Source of the DNA: Giardia intestinalis
Lineage: Eukaryota
Length of the DNA: 64,000 bases
Reading direction: 5' to 3' (one strand)
Assembly (NCBI GenBank): GCA_000002435.2
Contig: CM018792.1
Numbering within the stretch: position 1 is the first letter of the stretch; each line of letters opens with the position of its first letter. Under the pieces are notes generated by a model. The model saw only the letters and a list, made by a program, of their open reading frames with translations, did not search any database and had not been told where the DNA came from. The position numbers were made by a program, and so were the translations under genes. Below are positions 40,601 to 52,600 of the stretch, one piece after another.

Positions 40601-43217
40601 CTTCGGCTCGGCCTTTCTGCCACGCTGACTGCTGGGTTAGAGACTTTCTTGCATGCTCGACAGCGGAAAGCTTTGTCGGGACAAAGTTGGGGCCGCTATT
40701 CTGGCCTGCCTGCTGCGGTGGGACCTCATCATATATGATACCTGCAGCAGCTAGTCTAGAACTATACTCTGTGGGCGTTTCACTTTCTAGGATGAGAGCT
40801 AGGCTGTTGCAAATACGATAAGATGCCTCTCCCTCCAGCAGTGCTTCTGCACATCGCTTTATACTTAGAAATGCCAGTTGTAGGCCTGCAGAGTCATGCT
40901 GGGAGCTGCTTCTAACCGAGATAGAGGATGTCTGGGTAGTCGACGATGCTTGCTTGCTAGTTTGAAGGATAGCCTTGGTCAGTAACAGATCGTTTTCCTC
41001 ATTAAATAGCCGCAAGGACTCTTCCATCTCTTTGCATCGAAGACCATGCCCCTGTAGTAGCAAGGAGGAATACATGGATGCTAAGCTCTCTGCAACCATG
41101 CATCTAGCATATAGAGCCTCTACTGAGTCCTCTTTGTCTAGCGATGACAAGTCTTGCAAACTGATCCTGGCTTGGAGATTCACCTGGCGCTGCAGAAGCT
41201 CATTTTCAGCTGTCAACTCATCAATCCGTTCAGCAAACATAATGATCCTGTTTCGCGCAGCAGTAAGATCGTTAATCAATAGAGAAAGTTCATGACTAGA
41301 TGACCAGCTGTCCTTCACACCTTGGTAAGGGAGACGGCCCTTAGAATAAAATTGCTCCAACACATTGTAGCATATACTGCGATAGCGGACTGCTGTATCA
41401 TAGAAGAATTCTGTTGTCTTTTTGGAATCAACCATGCTATTAAGTATCTTCAGTAGGTGTCCTCCGTGTCCGCTAGATAGCGGCGGATTGAGGATGGAGC
41501 TGATATGGGTGTTCATGCGGGATACTATCGCGCTATGCGTTGACAGGGTAGATGCATCAGAGGAGCCCTCAGCGGAAGTTTGGGACTTATTAACTGATGT
41601 AATAAGCTTTTGTTTCCCACGCGTATCTTTGTTATCCTTCACTAGCTTGTACATGCTATCCTGCTCAGTGATAATAGCATGAATATCTGCACACAATCGC
41701 GAATTCAAACGCTCAAGACGGTGGATCTCTGCCTCTAGCTCGTGTTGTCTCATCATCGCCTGATTGCATCTTATTTCCCAAAGACTATCGGGTATAGACA
41801 CTGGCAACAATGAAACAAGTGATTTAATTGCATTTCTATTGATATGTATCTCATTCTTTTCGTTATTTTTTAAGTCTGGTTGTTCTGTGTTGTCAACAGG
41901 TTTGTAATTTTGTGTTGTCAGCGCTCTCATTAGCTCTAGATCCTGCTCCCATAACCCGTCTCTATATGATTGTAATACAAGTGTTTCAACAACATTGCTA
42001 TTAAACAAGTCCGATTTTAGAATTTCATCTTGAACTGTGTTAACAATGCCCAGCCCCAGCTTTATCTTATAGATTTCTCGTATCTTGATGAGGAGGGCTC
42101 TCTTAAGCTCCATAATAAGATCTTTGTCATCCTCATTGCTCACTTGAAGGATCTTGTGGATTTTCAAGTTGTACTCAGTCTGAGTAGTCGCGTGGACAGG
42201 CTTTCTATGGATTGTCTCCTTAGTTATGTCATTGGATGATTCTGAGTCGGATTCTATATACTCATATTCAAGATCTGTAGCTGAAGCTGAGCCACCGTTA
42301 TCACTGGTAGACGTTCCAGAGTCTCCTAAGGAGACCTTCGATACCCGACGTCGGCGCTTCTTGAGTTCTTGTTGTCTTCTTTCAATGACACCGTTTTCTC
42401 CCTCTTCTATTACCTCTATGCGGGTCGAAAATCGAATAGACTTTTCCAGTGGAACATCGGGGCCCAGAGAGACAGAATTTGTAGCAACACGCTTATATAT
42501 CTCCAGATCCTCGGTTTGCTTGTCGCGGAGAGACTTCTCACCCATGTCTATGATGATGTTATGGAGCTCCTGTATCTTCGTGTCCTTTTCAACAAGCAGT
42601 GCTTCCATATTTGCCCGCTCTCTGATGCACGCATCTACTTTTGCTGACAGCGCTATTGCTTTCTCATTGATTTCATGCATGAGTTGAAGGTCCTTTTTCT
42701 GCTCAGCGACTTGCGCCTGGCTGGTTGCTATAACTCGATCTCTATCTGTGATTATTTCTTGAAGTCGACTAATTTCTTCATCCCGCTCTAGTAAGCATCT
42801 TTCTAACTTATCATAATTCTCTTGAAAGGCCTCATCCATTGTGGCGCTTTGAGTTTCCATAGTTTGCTTTAATAGGAGTAATTCTGTAGTTTTCGCCTCA
42901 TTCTGACTACGTAGATGCCGTAATTCCGTCTCCATTCTGCTTAGTTTAGCTTCGAGCGCATTCTGTGTTCGCTCTAACAGAAGCTCCTTTTCCGTTTGAT
43001 CCTTAAGCGCTGCCTCCATGGTTCCAAGGATGTGCTTGTGCTGTCGAACCTCTTGAACGTGTACTTCGCCCAAACTAATTAGTTGAACGCAGGCTTCTGG
43101 TAAGTCTCCTCGCTTCATCAGATCAATGCATTCACGATACTCCTCAGGAAGCTTCCTTACTCTTTGGGCCAAAATGACGGGATCAATCTGCTCCCCTGCA
43201 CTCCCTTCCCCTGCCAT
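37683..43217 (-). CDS. Very large coiled-coil protein (1844 aa), a probable cytoskeletal or basal-body structural protein
   Basis: A single 5.5 kb ORF dominated by heptad-like E/K/L/Q-rich segments along most of its length. No enzymatic motif recognised. Confidence 0.7.
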   Translation of the reverse strand: MAGEGSAGEQIDPVILAQRVRKLPEEYRECIDLMKRGDLPEACVQLISLGEVHVQEVRQHKHILGTMEAALKDQTEKELLLERTQNALEAKLSRMETELRHLRSQNEAKTTELLLLKQTMETQSATMDEAFQENYDKLERCLLERDEEISRLQEIITDRDRVIATSQAQVAEQKKDLQLMHEINEKAIALSAKVDACIRERANMEALLVEKDTKIQELHNIIIDMGEKSLRDKQTEDLEIYKRVATNSVSLGPDVPLEKSIRFSTRIEVIEEGENGVIERRQQELKKRRRRVSKVSLGDSGTSTSDNGGSASATDLEYEYIESDSESSNDITKETIHRKPVHATTQTEYNLKIHKILQVSNEDDKDLIMELKRALLIKIREIYKIKLGLGIVNTVQDEILKSDLFNSNVVETLVLQSYRDGLWEQDLELMRALTTQNYKPVDNTEQPDLKNNEKNEIHINRNAIKSLVSLLPVSIPDSLWEIRCNQAMMRQHELEAEIHRLERLNSRLCADIHAIITEQDSMYKLVKDNKDTRGKQKLITSVNKSQTSAEGSSDASTLSTHSAIVSRMNTHISSILNPPLSSGHGGHLLKILNSMVDSKKTTEFFYDTAVRYRSICYNVLEQFYSKGRLPYQGVKDSWSSSHELSLLINDLTAARNRIIMFAERIDELTAENELLQRQVNLQARISLQDLSSLDKEDSVEALYARCMVAESLASMYSSLLLQGHGLRCKEMEESLRLFNEENDLLLTKAILQTSKQASSTTQTSSISVRSSSQHDSAGLQLAFLSIKRCAEALLEGEASYRICNSLALILESETPTEYSSRLAAAGIIYDEVPPQQAGQNSGPNFVPTKLSAVEHARKSLTQQSAWQKGRAEGGVIIRPSEGLQAELQACFAESKAFNNLSADDKKVELKALKLRLQGMKSRISSLCEGLGEIITLPPLTDNMTGDFSRLTVPSTQATTNAGTSFFHHTLHEDVSMLGTQENGMLILSSSKRIVSACERRISTLEQLNTELADRIYREVTRLSLKLGAIRFICCKKDKIRSNLSNIRSLYTQALRSFKATEESLRQQLIEAKETTTKLEKELQLYSTKKETFSASVQCDILQGAEYDALVASIKTLKDEKQELMDQVLALQAENTSLHNECTDMAGLRVRLQKLYNAYTGSAQGCKAIIESYAVDIEKCIQYHRLQSLHTTPTEHGRGASAKLSSPERQFDVQDLLLSGVRVEPEGATEACKVRLGDTLGRVFSKFSRMSDRFTILREKVLQLQQENEDLREKLFSASMPTKAEQHQVGDNLGERPSSSLQMYSDSTGDEKLSLSFLDLLETANGPMSASSVQNLMRNKIRLLQEELLSAKKQISEFSGSQSDRTASSIGCQVSLVNLDAPMDSSITTPAMLHFVRSPTSLRRSDTFDKTVTVSVQTMIVHTSYKSSQSELSHMDIVSRIEYEDLANRMHNLSALNSKVNTSMPPDVALSLYTDSITTMATGVGTQTPRFECQDCKNMQDMLTAAQIEVEELKEEMKIKAREADCELLQVRAKLESAMESIQMKVDKCNMLERLLRDENAKVQGFMQQIADMQERERSHEGALSNIQAMLKAEHANSLAKKDKKLAELQKNLEGVVAANEKMQAKNKSLHADVVRLKKDLDARRSTPSTKSPAVLAKAEEVEALNKELTVAKGRIRTLVSELRAAKQTIQQQQKQHEAYHSHPALQPSPRVDLQTQPLRPQSARAPYTPSGSEYRIPAKDRPLPRSNSAGSFTLSRTPVDPGPMLASREPISPRLPGSIERAVNSELRNIDYMIKQYEKYPNLEDTAPNRIYHEPTSGLILDESDRRHLLGALSDEDISAILTM

Positions 43218-43318
43218 GTTTCTAGAAAGCTCTTATTTCAGCCAGGAACGCTCCTCTGAAATGTAAAAGATGGGAATTTTAATCATTTTTTGCTCCCATT
43301 CACTCAGCGGTTGACAGA

Positions 43319-45748
43319 ATGTCCGTTGACGAGTTTTCTAGAGACTTTGAGATAATAGAAGATATTGTCAACCGCCCCAGTGAGCGTCTCCTGAAAGTGC
43401 GCGGCAAAACCTCTGGTGCATATTATGCATGCAGGCAAATAGACGTATCAAAGCTCAAACAAGAACAGCAGCAGATGCTTGAAGCTGAAATACACCTGTT
43501 TCAACAGCTAGATGGAAAATTAACCACTCGTTACCTCAGGGTGCTGCGCAACAATAAGCCTAGCGTTATCCATTTGATCATGGAATACTGTGACGACGGG
43601 ACATTAGAAGACTTGTTTGTAAGAACTCGGGAAAGAAGAATACCTTGTACAGAGGAAAAGACACGAGCTATTGGGTCTCAGATAGCACATGCTTTGAGCG
43701 CTCTCCGCTCCTCGGCCTGTGGACTTGATGGGGCTACCGTTATGGGCGCTCTTACGCCGAAATCTGTCCTCTTACTCAGCACAGGAAAGATCAGACTTAA
43801 AGGACTTTGCTCATGGCATTCATCGGGACAGATTTCTATATCAACTCGAGCAGACTACATGATATCGTATACTGCACCCGAGGTGTTTACTAGTAACATT
43901 TATAATGAGCAATCGGAGGTGTGGGCTCTAGGATGCATTCTGTATGAGGCCCTTGCAGCAAGGAGATGCTTCTCCGCAGAAACGGGAGCTATTCTGAGGC
44001 ATAACATAATTAACTGCAAATATGCTCCACTTCCTAGCAGCGTCAGCGAAGGAATGAAGCTGCTAATTTCAGAAATGCTCAAGCCCGATTATAATTCCCG
44101 TCCGACTTTACTAGATGTTAGGTTATCCCTTCAACTGCTTAGCAATGCAGAAAAGACGCATCATTGGGACCCCGATATCATAACAGAGATCGCTGGCCAT
44201 CCAACACCAGTTGCGGACTCAATCAAGAAGCTGGTAGGGATGGTTAGTGGAGATATTGTCACATTCCTGCAGAATCCAAGCAGTCCAGTAGTTTCTGCAT
44301 ATATACACACTGATCTAAAGACATCTAAAGCCTCGGGAAACGTGCATCTCGCTGGTAAGGTTGTTCTTACAAAGTCCACGTATGCGGATGGTGCGACTAA
44401 CTGTGCTATCGACAGATCCAGACTACCTACCAGCGCAAGCATAGTGTACACGAGATCAAGCAGCAAAGGTAAAACGAGTTCCATTGTACACACCCCATCC
44501 ATGTCGAAGATGGCTAATACCATACGTCATGGAGCCAGATCGCATAGTAGTTTTTCATCCTCTGCGCTTCAAACTCCCAATTTAACCTGCAAACACGTGG
44601 TATCAAGTTTCAGAAAGTCTATCGGCTCAAATGGTATATTAAACAATAACAGTACTTCTGTTTCAAATACAGACTCATTAAGAAAAAAGCATGCTTCCGA
44701 TTGCAACGTGGACATGAACTCTGATAGCTTGACCCTTAGCAACCTAAATACTGGGCAAGATTGCTTACAACAAAAGCCACAGTTCTTAGAGCGCAATGGT
44801 GGAGGTTCTTCTGTTAGATCCGCTAGTGTAAGATTGCCATCCATGTCAATGACAACGAAACCCGCAAATCTGCAACTAATGGCCCTACACAACGCAGTAG
44901 GAGGTTCGTTTAACGCCCTGAGCAGAGACGTGACATTCAGTAAAACGCAAAGCTCGACCACAGATGTGTGTGGTACAACTGATTTGATGATTGCAGCAGT
45001 GAAAGGGAATGCTTCTCTTGTTGAACGTTACCTTGATACGCAGTCGGGGATGAGAAATTGCAATGGTATGACAGCACTGATGCTCGCAGCAGAGCGAGAC
45101 CATGAGGCTGTAGTCTTACTCCTGCTCGCCACAGAGGGGCGCATGCATGTCTTACTTCCGGACGGGCGCAAGGGAAAGACAGCACTTATGTTTGCCGCCA
45201 TCAACAATCATACAAGTACTGTACAACGTCTTTTGGAGACTGAGGCTGGCCAGCAAGATGAAAATGGCAACACAGCCTTAATGCTTGCTGTGAAGCACCG
45301 GTTTACAGACGTAGTGAAACAGTTGGTGCAGTGGGAAGGAAAGATGGCAAATGAGAGAGGAGAAACCGCCCTTATGATGGCTGCAGCAACTGGAGACGTA
45401 ACTAGCGTAGGGTTATTGATAGACACGGAAGCTGGCTCAGTAACGACGTATGGCTGGACTGCGCTATGCTTTGCTGTCATGAACCATCATGCTTTGGCAG
45501 CCGAGGCTCTTGCTCAACGAGAACTTGGGTTGCAATGTTTTCAACATGGTTGTAGTGGTGTGACTGCGTTTATGATAGCCGCTGAGGCAGGATACGTAGA
45601 TATAGCATCATTGCTGGTAGAAAAGGAGGTATTTCTTCGAAACAAGAACGGCGAAAAAGCACTGGATATAGCCATTAAAGCAGGTCAGGCAGATATGATT
45701 GCCTTCTTAGAGAATGCAGAAAGACTCCTAGAAGCAGATATGTGCTGA
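43319..45748 (+). CDS. NEK-like kinase-fold protein with eight C-terminal ankyrin repeats, a predicted pseudokinase
   Basis: The N-terminal ~280 aa follow the kinase-domain outline (beta3 Lys context, ...MEYCDDGTLEDL, APE-like TAPEVF, ...GCILYEAL) but have no GxGxxG, no HRD and no DFG. The C-terminus carries eight ankyrin-type repeats (G.TALM.AA..GH..VV..LL). Confidence 0.8.
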   Translation: MSVDEFSRDFEIIEDIVNRPSERLLKVRGKTSGAYYACRQIDVSKLKQEQQQMLEAEIHLFQQLDGKLTTRYLRVLRNNKPSVIHLIMEYCDDGTLEDLFVRTRERRIPCTEEKTRAIGSQIAHALSALRSSACGLDGATVMGALTPKSVLLLSTGKIRLKGLCSWHSSGQISISTRADYMISYTAPEVFTSNIYNEQSEVWALGCILYEALAARRCFSAETGAILRHNIINCKYAPLPSSVSEGMKLLISEMLKPDYNSRPTLLDVRLSLQLLSNAEKTHHWDPDIITEIAGHPTPVADSIKKLVGMVSGDIVTFLQNPSSPVVSAYIHTDLKTSKASGNVHLAGKVVLTKSTYADGATNCAIDRSRLPTSASIVYTRSSSKGKTSSIVHTPSMSKMANTIRHGARSHSSFSSSALQTPNLTCKHVVSSFRKSIGSNGILNNNSTSVSNTDSLRKKHASDCNVDMNSDSLTLSNLNTGQDCLQQKPQFLERNGGGSSVRSASVRLPSMSMTTKPANLQLMALHNAVGGSFNALSRDVTFSKTQSSTTDVCGTTDLMIAAVKGNASLVERYLDTQSGMRNCNGMTALMLAAERDHEAVVLLLLATEGRMHVLLPDGRKGKTALMFAAINNHTSTVQRLLETEAGQQDENGNTALMLAVKHRFTDVVKQLVQWEGKMANERGETALMMAAATGDVTSVGLLIDTEAGSVTTYGWTALCFAVMNHHALAAEALAQRELGLQCFQHGCSGVTAFMIAAEAGYVDIASLLVEKEVFLRNKNGEKALDIAIKAGQADMIAFLENAERLLEADMC

Positions 45749-45759
45749 TATCAAGTATC

Positions 45760-46623
45760 CTATAACCAATCAAGAGCTAGTGAAGACGACTCTTCGATTG
45801 AGGTTCCTCTTGAGCTTCCATATCTAAAGTAATTCAAAAGAGCAGATGCGCTTAAGCACTCTGCACTTTTGGGGTCTTTAACAAGTTTAAATTGCTCTAC
45901 AGCAGCTTCTGCCGCCTTTGCGCCGAGGGCTTGTCTGTTGCTTTCCTTATATAGTAGTGCTAAGCGGTAAAGGACTCGAGCTTGTGCTAATCCATAAACA
46001 GTCGGTTTCTTTTGAACTAAGTGCTGATACACTTGTAGGGCAGTCTTTAGGTGTTGCTCTGCTGGCTCGATCATGCGCATGGACAGGAGCAGTGATCCCA
46101 AATTATAGCTGGACTTTCCACAGGCATCACTATATGGATCTGTGCTCTTTCGCACTTTAACTGCACGCTCATAATAATCCTTTGCCGTCTTGTTGTCAAC
46201 TTGCATGTCTGCTGCATACCCCATTAGATGGTAGATGCTCCCTTGAAGAACGGCAGACGACTTCCCAGACAGATCTTTGTCTACAATGTTCTTGGCACGC
46301 TGGGCATAAGTAAGCGCCTTCACAGGATCAGATTGAGCCATGTATGCAATCCCCATATTGATGTAAACGGTTGCTAGAAAAGGAGACGTTGGACCATAGG
46401 CCTCCCGAAGGATTTGTTCTGCAGATTGGTAAGAGGTCATGCAACTATGGTAGGATTGGCAGCGCAACTGAGAAGAGCCAAGAAGTGTAAAGAACCTCGC
46501 CAAGACCAAAGGAGGGCATTGCTGATTCTGTAGAGAGTGACTGATGAGCTTAGATATCAATGCTTCTGCCTGGCGATAATCTCCTGCAGAATAGATTTCG
46601 AAACACTGTTCAAAAAGGTCCAT
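45760..46623 (-). CDS. TPR-repeat protein (287 aa)
   Basis: Repeated 34-aa helical-hairpin periodicity with the small/aromatic pattern of TPRs (e.g. AYMAQSDPVKALTYAQRAKNI, YYERAVKVRKS, LYRLALLYKESNRQALGAKAAEAAVEQF). Confidence 0.6.
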   Translation of the reverse strand: MDLFEQCFEIYSAGDYRQAEALISKLISHSLQNQQCPPLVLARFFTLLGSSQLRCQSYHSCMTSYQSAEQILREAYGPTSPFLATVYINMGIAYMAQSDPVKALTYAQRAKNIVDKDLSGKSSAVLQGSIYHLMGYAADMQVDNKTAKDYYERAVKVRKSTDPYSDACGKSSYNLGSLLLSMRMIEPAEQHLKTALQVYQHLVQKKPTVYGLAQARVLYRLALLYKESNRQALGAKAAEAAVEQFKLVKDPKSAECLSASALLNYFRYGSSRGTSIEESSSLALDWL

Positions 46624-49600
46624 ACAGTGGCGTGCAGTCCCGCAAAAATGGGAATTTTATATCCTCCGTGCCTCTTTCTTTTAATAAAACGCACACTCCA
46701 GGAAAGCAGTATAGTCAATTAGACGCAGAGCAATCGTTTAGCGAAGCGGTTTCCAATAACTGGCGGCGGAGCATGTTATCTACGAGCCTCTCAACTCCGT
46801 CGCTCGATTTGAACCGCGCTCCAGTCGGCCACGGGCAACGCGTCCTTATGCATAACCCAAATGAGTCGTACATTGAGCAGCACGAGAAAAAGCTTGAAAT
46901 GATGGGTGCCTCTGCTAAGGAGGTGCTTGCTCAGGCCACTCAGAGCATTAGCGATCATTTGTCGTCCATTATGAGCGCAGCTCTTCTGCAGCTGAAGTCC
47001 GACATAGCTAATCGGAAAATGTATGTCATGTTTGAGGAACTTCTTCACTGTGATGTCCGAACCGACCACACGCAGGCCCGGTCTGTCTTGCCTATCTTCG
47101 AGCCATTCATCGATAAGGCTGAATCCTTTTTGCAATCTTCGTTTTACCACTTCATTAAAAAAGAAGTTGAGTATTGTGTCGTGGATTGTATTTCAAAACA
47201 CATTCAGGAACATGAAAGCGATATGTCAAAGATTTTTGATCTCACGGTAGCCTTTGCACAATCACAGTTAATGAACAACATAAACGAATTAGCCAAAAAG
47301 TCTGTGGTCGACGCTAAATTGGCAGAGAAGACTAACTTTTTAACAGAGATTGTACGACTGAAGGAGATGCTCTTTCAGAAACAAAAGATTGGAGATATGT
47401 ATCTGGCAGAAACAGAGAAGTCTAAGAGGCTCTTGTTGAAGCTCATGCGTAGTGATTATGTTGAGTATGGGCAAACCTTGCATCTCAAAGACATACTACT
47501 TAGAGGCTCCGAGAAAAAGAGGGAGATAGAGGAGGCTGTATCCGCCATAGAGCTTGAGAAAACGGCCAAGGAAAGTCAGCAGCGATTGCAAATGTTGGCC
47601 GGGAATGACACTCTCTCCTCTCCTAGTAGCTCAGATGACCTCCATTGTGACGATCTAGATATCCGACAGACTCGTGGACAGCTCATGGATAAGCTTCAGC
47701 GGCGTAATGCCTACATCACGCAGCTAGAAGATTCGATGAAGATGCTTGAGTTCCTTAAGCAGGACCTGTCTAGTAAGACGAAAGAGCTCAATATGGCCCA
47801 TGAAGCCACGTTCAAGGCCAATTATAGAAAGGAAGAGCTGGAAAAATACCTCTACAAACTGACAGGTGTCGATATGCGCTCACCTCAGCGACAGAAAAAC
47901 AAGCCATACACAGAAGCTGATTTTGCAGAATTATCGGACAATTCACTACTTCAAAGCTTCTTATCTGGCGAGGCGCGGTCAGCTACGCCAGACAAGGTCA
48001 ACACTCAACCACTATCGGGCCAGACCCCGACCAATCTTTTTACTAAACGTTCAATATTTGAGCCAAAAGATCTGTTAATTGATAAGCTAAACGGTGATAT
48101 AAAGATTTTAGAATCTATGCTGAGCGGAGACAAGGAGGCCGTGTACGCTGAATTGCGCCGCTATCGCGCTAATGAGCTTCAACATAGACGCAAGATACTA
48201 ACGTACAAACGCTTCTTGGAATTTGATCACGGAAAGAGAGGCAGAGAACATCCTATGACCGGTTTTGAAACGCGAGCAACACCTTTGGCCATTGACAAGC
48301 AACTAGACATGCTCTACTGGATAAGGAAGGCACTGTTAAAAACATTTGGAATAAAAATAAAAGACTCAGACAGTGAACAGACGATATTAAAGCGTCTTGA
48401 CAGAACAATAGCTGAAAACTACATCAATCCGGAGCCGCAGGAGTTCAATAGTTCATTTGACAGTGATGGATCCATAGACTGGGAGGGGGATATTGCTGCA
48501 GAGAAGCGGCTCCAGCTCAATCCCTTACTTGATCCCAGTATGTACAGCAAAGGAAGCACTGCTTCTAGAAGTGCTTCAATGCGGACTCCTGGTCGTGGAT
48601 GGATGCCTAACCTTAATAGTATGTCTAACAGGTCAACTGTACATCGGAACTCAACACTAGCAGATCCTTCTCAACCAGACTTGCATGATACTCCAATTCG
48701 CTTTCAATCTACGTCTTATGGTCCGGACACTATGCAGAATGGAGGCGGATACTATGACGAGTTTGGCAATTTCCTTGGTACAGACATCTTTTGTCCCCAT
48801 TGTGGCAAATATGTGGACGCTACGGCCATTACATACAGTATAGATGATGGAGAGGAGGCAGAAGTGGACGAGAATGAGCATATGAACCTTGCTTCTGCAG
48901 CGCATAAAGGCAGCACTGACAAGCGATCCAGTGTCCAGGGTGAAACACCTTTTGTTACCCCTTCGGGTTCGAGAAAGCGTAGTATTTATGACAAAACAAC
49001 CAGCTTTACAGATAAGTCTCGCCGCAATTCCTCTCAGCATGCGCCGCATGGCCGCACCTTCAAAGGTTATATTCGCGATCCATCTATTGGTTCTCCTTCA
49101 CCAGCAATTTCAATGCGTGTGCGCTTCGGTGACAATTTAGCCTCTACTATCTCGATGGATCCCCTGACAATACCGCAACTGAAGTCGTCTCAACCACAGA
49201 TGAACATAGTCTTGGCCCCAGACGTCACGCAAATCTATACCCATCTATCCACCTCTGATAGGCAGCAGTTTGAGCACGCCTTATTCAAGCAGAATATAGC
49301 CAGGAAGGGCAATCCGAACCTTTGCCAGGAAATAGACAAAGACCTGACACCACTCTTGGTGTCGTCTCTTGCACCGCGGGAAGTAGATAGGATCCTTTCC
49401 ATTCCCTGTGCTGACCCAGATACGCCTACCAGATTCAAGTATGATAGTAGCCTTGATGATTCATTTATTAATTACATAGAGTATTCAGATAATTCTATAC
49501 ACGATTTAGAGTTTTCAGATGCCCACGATCCAGACCTATTCAATTATCTATACAATCAGAGTGCTAAAGTGATAAGCGATAAGGTCACGGTTCAAGTGGG

Positions 49601-52600
49601 TGACGATATTGCTAAGTCGTGCAAACAATCAGAAGTTGCTGTTCCAATTATTACTGAGGGCAACAAGGACGAAGCCTTCACACCACTAAGTCTCAGAAAT
49701 AGCACTGCCTCCGATGGATTTATTGCCATGAGTGGGAATTCTCATCACATTCCTATCTACAATCCTGCAGAGCTATTTAATACCCTATTATTGACAGATT
49801 CGTTTAGAGCATTCATTGAGTCGCGTAGCTTGGATCCACGGGTTGTTTGCGCTAAGGATGTACAAGCCTATATAGCGGCTAAAAGAATCCTTGATGTAAC
49901 TTCTTTCTACACGTCTTACTGCAAGGATACTCAAGCGATTGCTGACTTCGCCATTCTTCCTGAGCTTTCCGAAGAGCCTCAAGAGCTTGATCTGAGCTTC
50001 TCCTCAGATGAGTTTTATGTTGACATTTCCACACACCCTGATGGAGGTACAGAGGGTTGCTTTTTAGTTTCAAGGAAAACTAACACATATGAGCAGCATC
50101 AAGACACCGTCGTAATGCGGCAGCTGAAGCGCCCTTTCTCACATGCCGGGCATATCCACACGAGAGCTTCTGATGTTGAGGAGGTATGTCTTGATCCCTT
50201 ATCTCCAATGCAGAATAAGCCTAACCTGGAACCTCGTCCATCCTCCAGTCCTTGCTGTGGCTATGTTACAGTTAACGGTATAGATTTACAGCTCTCAAGG
50301 TCTAAAACCCAAATCGTTGATGAACAGCCTACATACACAGCATCTAGTCATGAATATTCTATTCGAAGCAGAGAGATTTTGAAGCGATATTTACCAATGA
50401 TTTATGAAGCTAACAACGGAGAGCCATCGTCTCTGAATACTGCTTCGTACAATGGTAATGGTATCATGAATAACATTAAGGTTCGGCCACTGTGCAAGAA
50501 TGTGGTGCAAGTCATTTCACGCGATCGTGCTGAAAGATTCCAAGAGTATCTTTTAAATGAAGTTAAAGAGTTTAAGCTCAACAGAGCAGTTAGGCTCTTC
50601 ATTCAGGAGCAGGTTCTGGAGCATCTTGTGTCCCTTAAGAGAGATCTTCAAAGAAGTCGCACAAGAGAACGCCTCATGCGAAACAAACGTCGAGTGTTGG
50701 CGGCAAAGAAGGCACTATTCGTTAAATACCTACAGAAAAATGGTCCAGGCAATCTTATTAGCTCCCTGGACACGTTAGAAAGTTATGCATCTCGTCTCAA
50801 GGAAAAAGTTGAATATGTTCCTGTATCAGTAGCAGCTAGCTGCACAGATGGCTGGATTGTTAATTTGGACATGTCAACCCTGATTAATAGAGCAGAGCCC
50901 GGTTCTGTGTGTGCATCAAGGGGAGCCTCAGAAGATCGCAAGTCAAGAACCAATGAACTGAGCTATCTGGTCAATCTAGTGGGCCCAGACCAATCTGTTT
51001 GCTCCACCGAACAGCCGCAACCTGCTGTAGGCACAGAGCAGCAAGATGACATCAATGTAGATAAGAGAATTGCAGTTGAAAAGGAGCTTGAAGATCTAGA
51101 CAAGACTGCTACTCTCGCACACCAGCTTTTAGAGCAAATCAAAACAGAAATACAGAAGGCTGTCAATCTGATTAATAAGGGAATTCAATCGCCCCAAGGG
51201 CTTGTTGATGAGGAAGATTTCGACAAATATGCTTCAGAACGGACGCGAAAGAAGGAGGAGGTAGCAATTGAAATAGCAAACACTCTTCTTAAGAAGAGTG
51301 GCCTTACAGCCAACGGCTTTCTCTTTACAAATTTGCCACTGAAGCCAGCAGATATACGGAACATAGATGACGTATACCAGCGTCTTTACGACGAGGCTGC
51401 AATTATAAACGAGAAGATGAATAGTCGACGGATCCAATGTATGCAAAAGCTGAGTGACCACTATAGTAGACTTCATGACTCTATTACGCGTCCTTCAGAG
51501 ATAACTGAATTTTTACGAATAAAATACTATGGCCGTGAAGAACCTGTCTCACGATATAACTACCACCATCACGGCATGTTTATGAATTCTCTGAATAAGT
51601 CCCTCCACGGTCTAACGATTTCCAAGCGTCCTCTCAATGGTGGGTTGACAACCAGCGAGCTTGAATTGCTTGAGCGTACAAATGTCCTTGAAAGAGGAAT
51701 ACAAATTAATGAAAAAACTTCCAATATAATCAACGTTATTTTTGGCAATCTTTATAGATCAAAGTCGACCGGAAATCGTGACCCTGAGACAGGTCAAAAG
51801 AGTCTCATGATGGGACCCGGCAAGTTCATTAGTTGGCAAGAAGCAAACGCAGAGCTGCAGGAAATCATTAATATAAATAATAGGTATTCCTTGAGTGCTC
51901 GGGGCTATCACTCCATGGAGCTAGTGACACCAGCCAATTTAGGCACCATAGGCCGCAGTGCCATTGAGCTTCCGCCTAATTTAACAGATGAGCAACTACA
52001 ACAGATTGCCACTGAGGGAAATTGCTGCCTTGTTGCTGATGTGGATGCAAATCAAGATTCTAAACTGGATGGAGCACATGAAATGTGCTCAACTTGCGAT
52101 GCTGATCCGCCTACGGCCATGCCTCTCAACAGTTCATTAATTAACGAGACCAATAGCTCTCAACATAAATCGCATTCTGGCCCTACTCAGGACTACGGGT
52201 CCAGCATTAACAACTTATCAACACTTTACGAAAAGGATGACTCTGCTCGAGCTAGTAACACCAACAATAACTCTGAAAGTCGTCCTGCTTCCAGCTCTCT
52301 GTTCACCGCCATAACTCCTTTAACTTCTACTGTTGAGTGTCTTGACCAAACAGCACAATATGCAGACCTCTCTAATCTTCCTACTACACGATCTATAGAC
52401 AAGTTGCTGCCATCTTCCTTCTCAACCCCGGTGCAGCGGCAGCTGATTACACAGAGGGTCAACTTAACCCCTACCCTTGAGACTACGCCAGTAATCCCAC
52501 TTGACACACCAAAAAAGGGAAAAAGCCAAGGCCTTTCGTCCAGAAAAATTATTCAAGCTATTCAAGCCAACATCAAGCCACCGTCTACCAACAGGGATGG

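Noticed and set aside
46790-46830. GGTTCAAATC T-loop-like motif on the minus strand
   Set aside because: The flanking bases cannot form a 5-bp T-stem or an acceptor stem, and the motif sits inside the coding region of the 2203-aa ORF.
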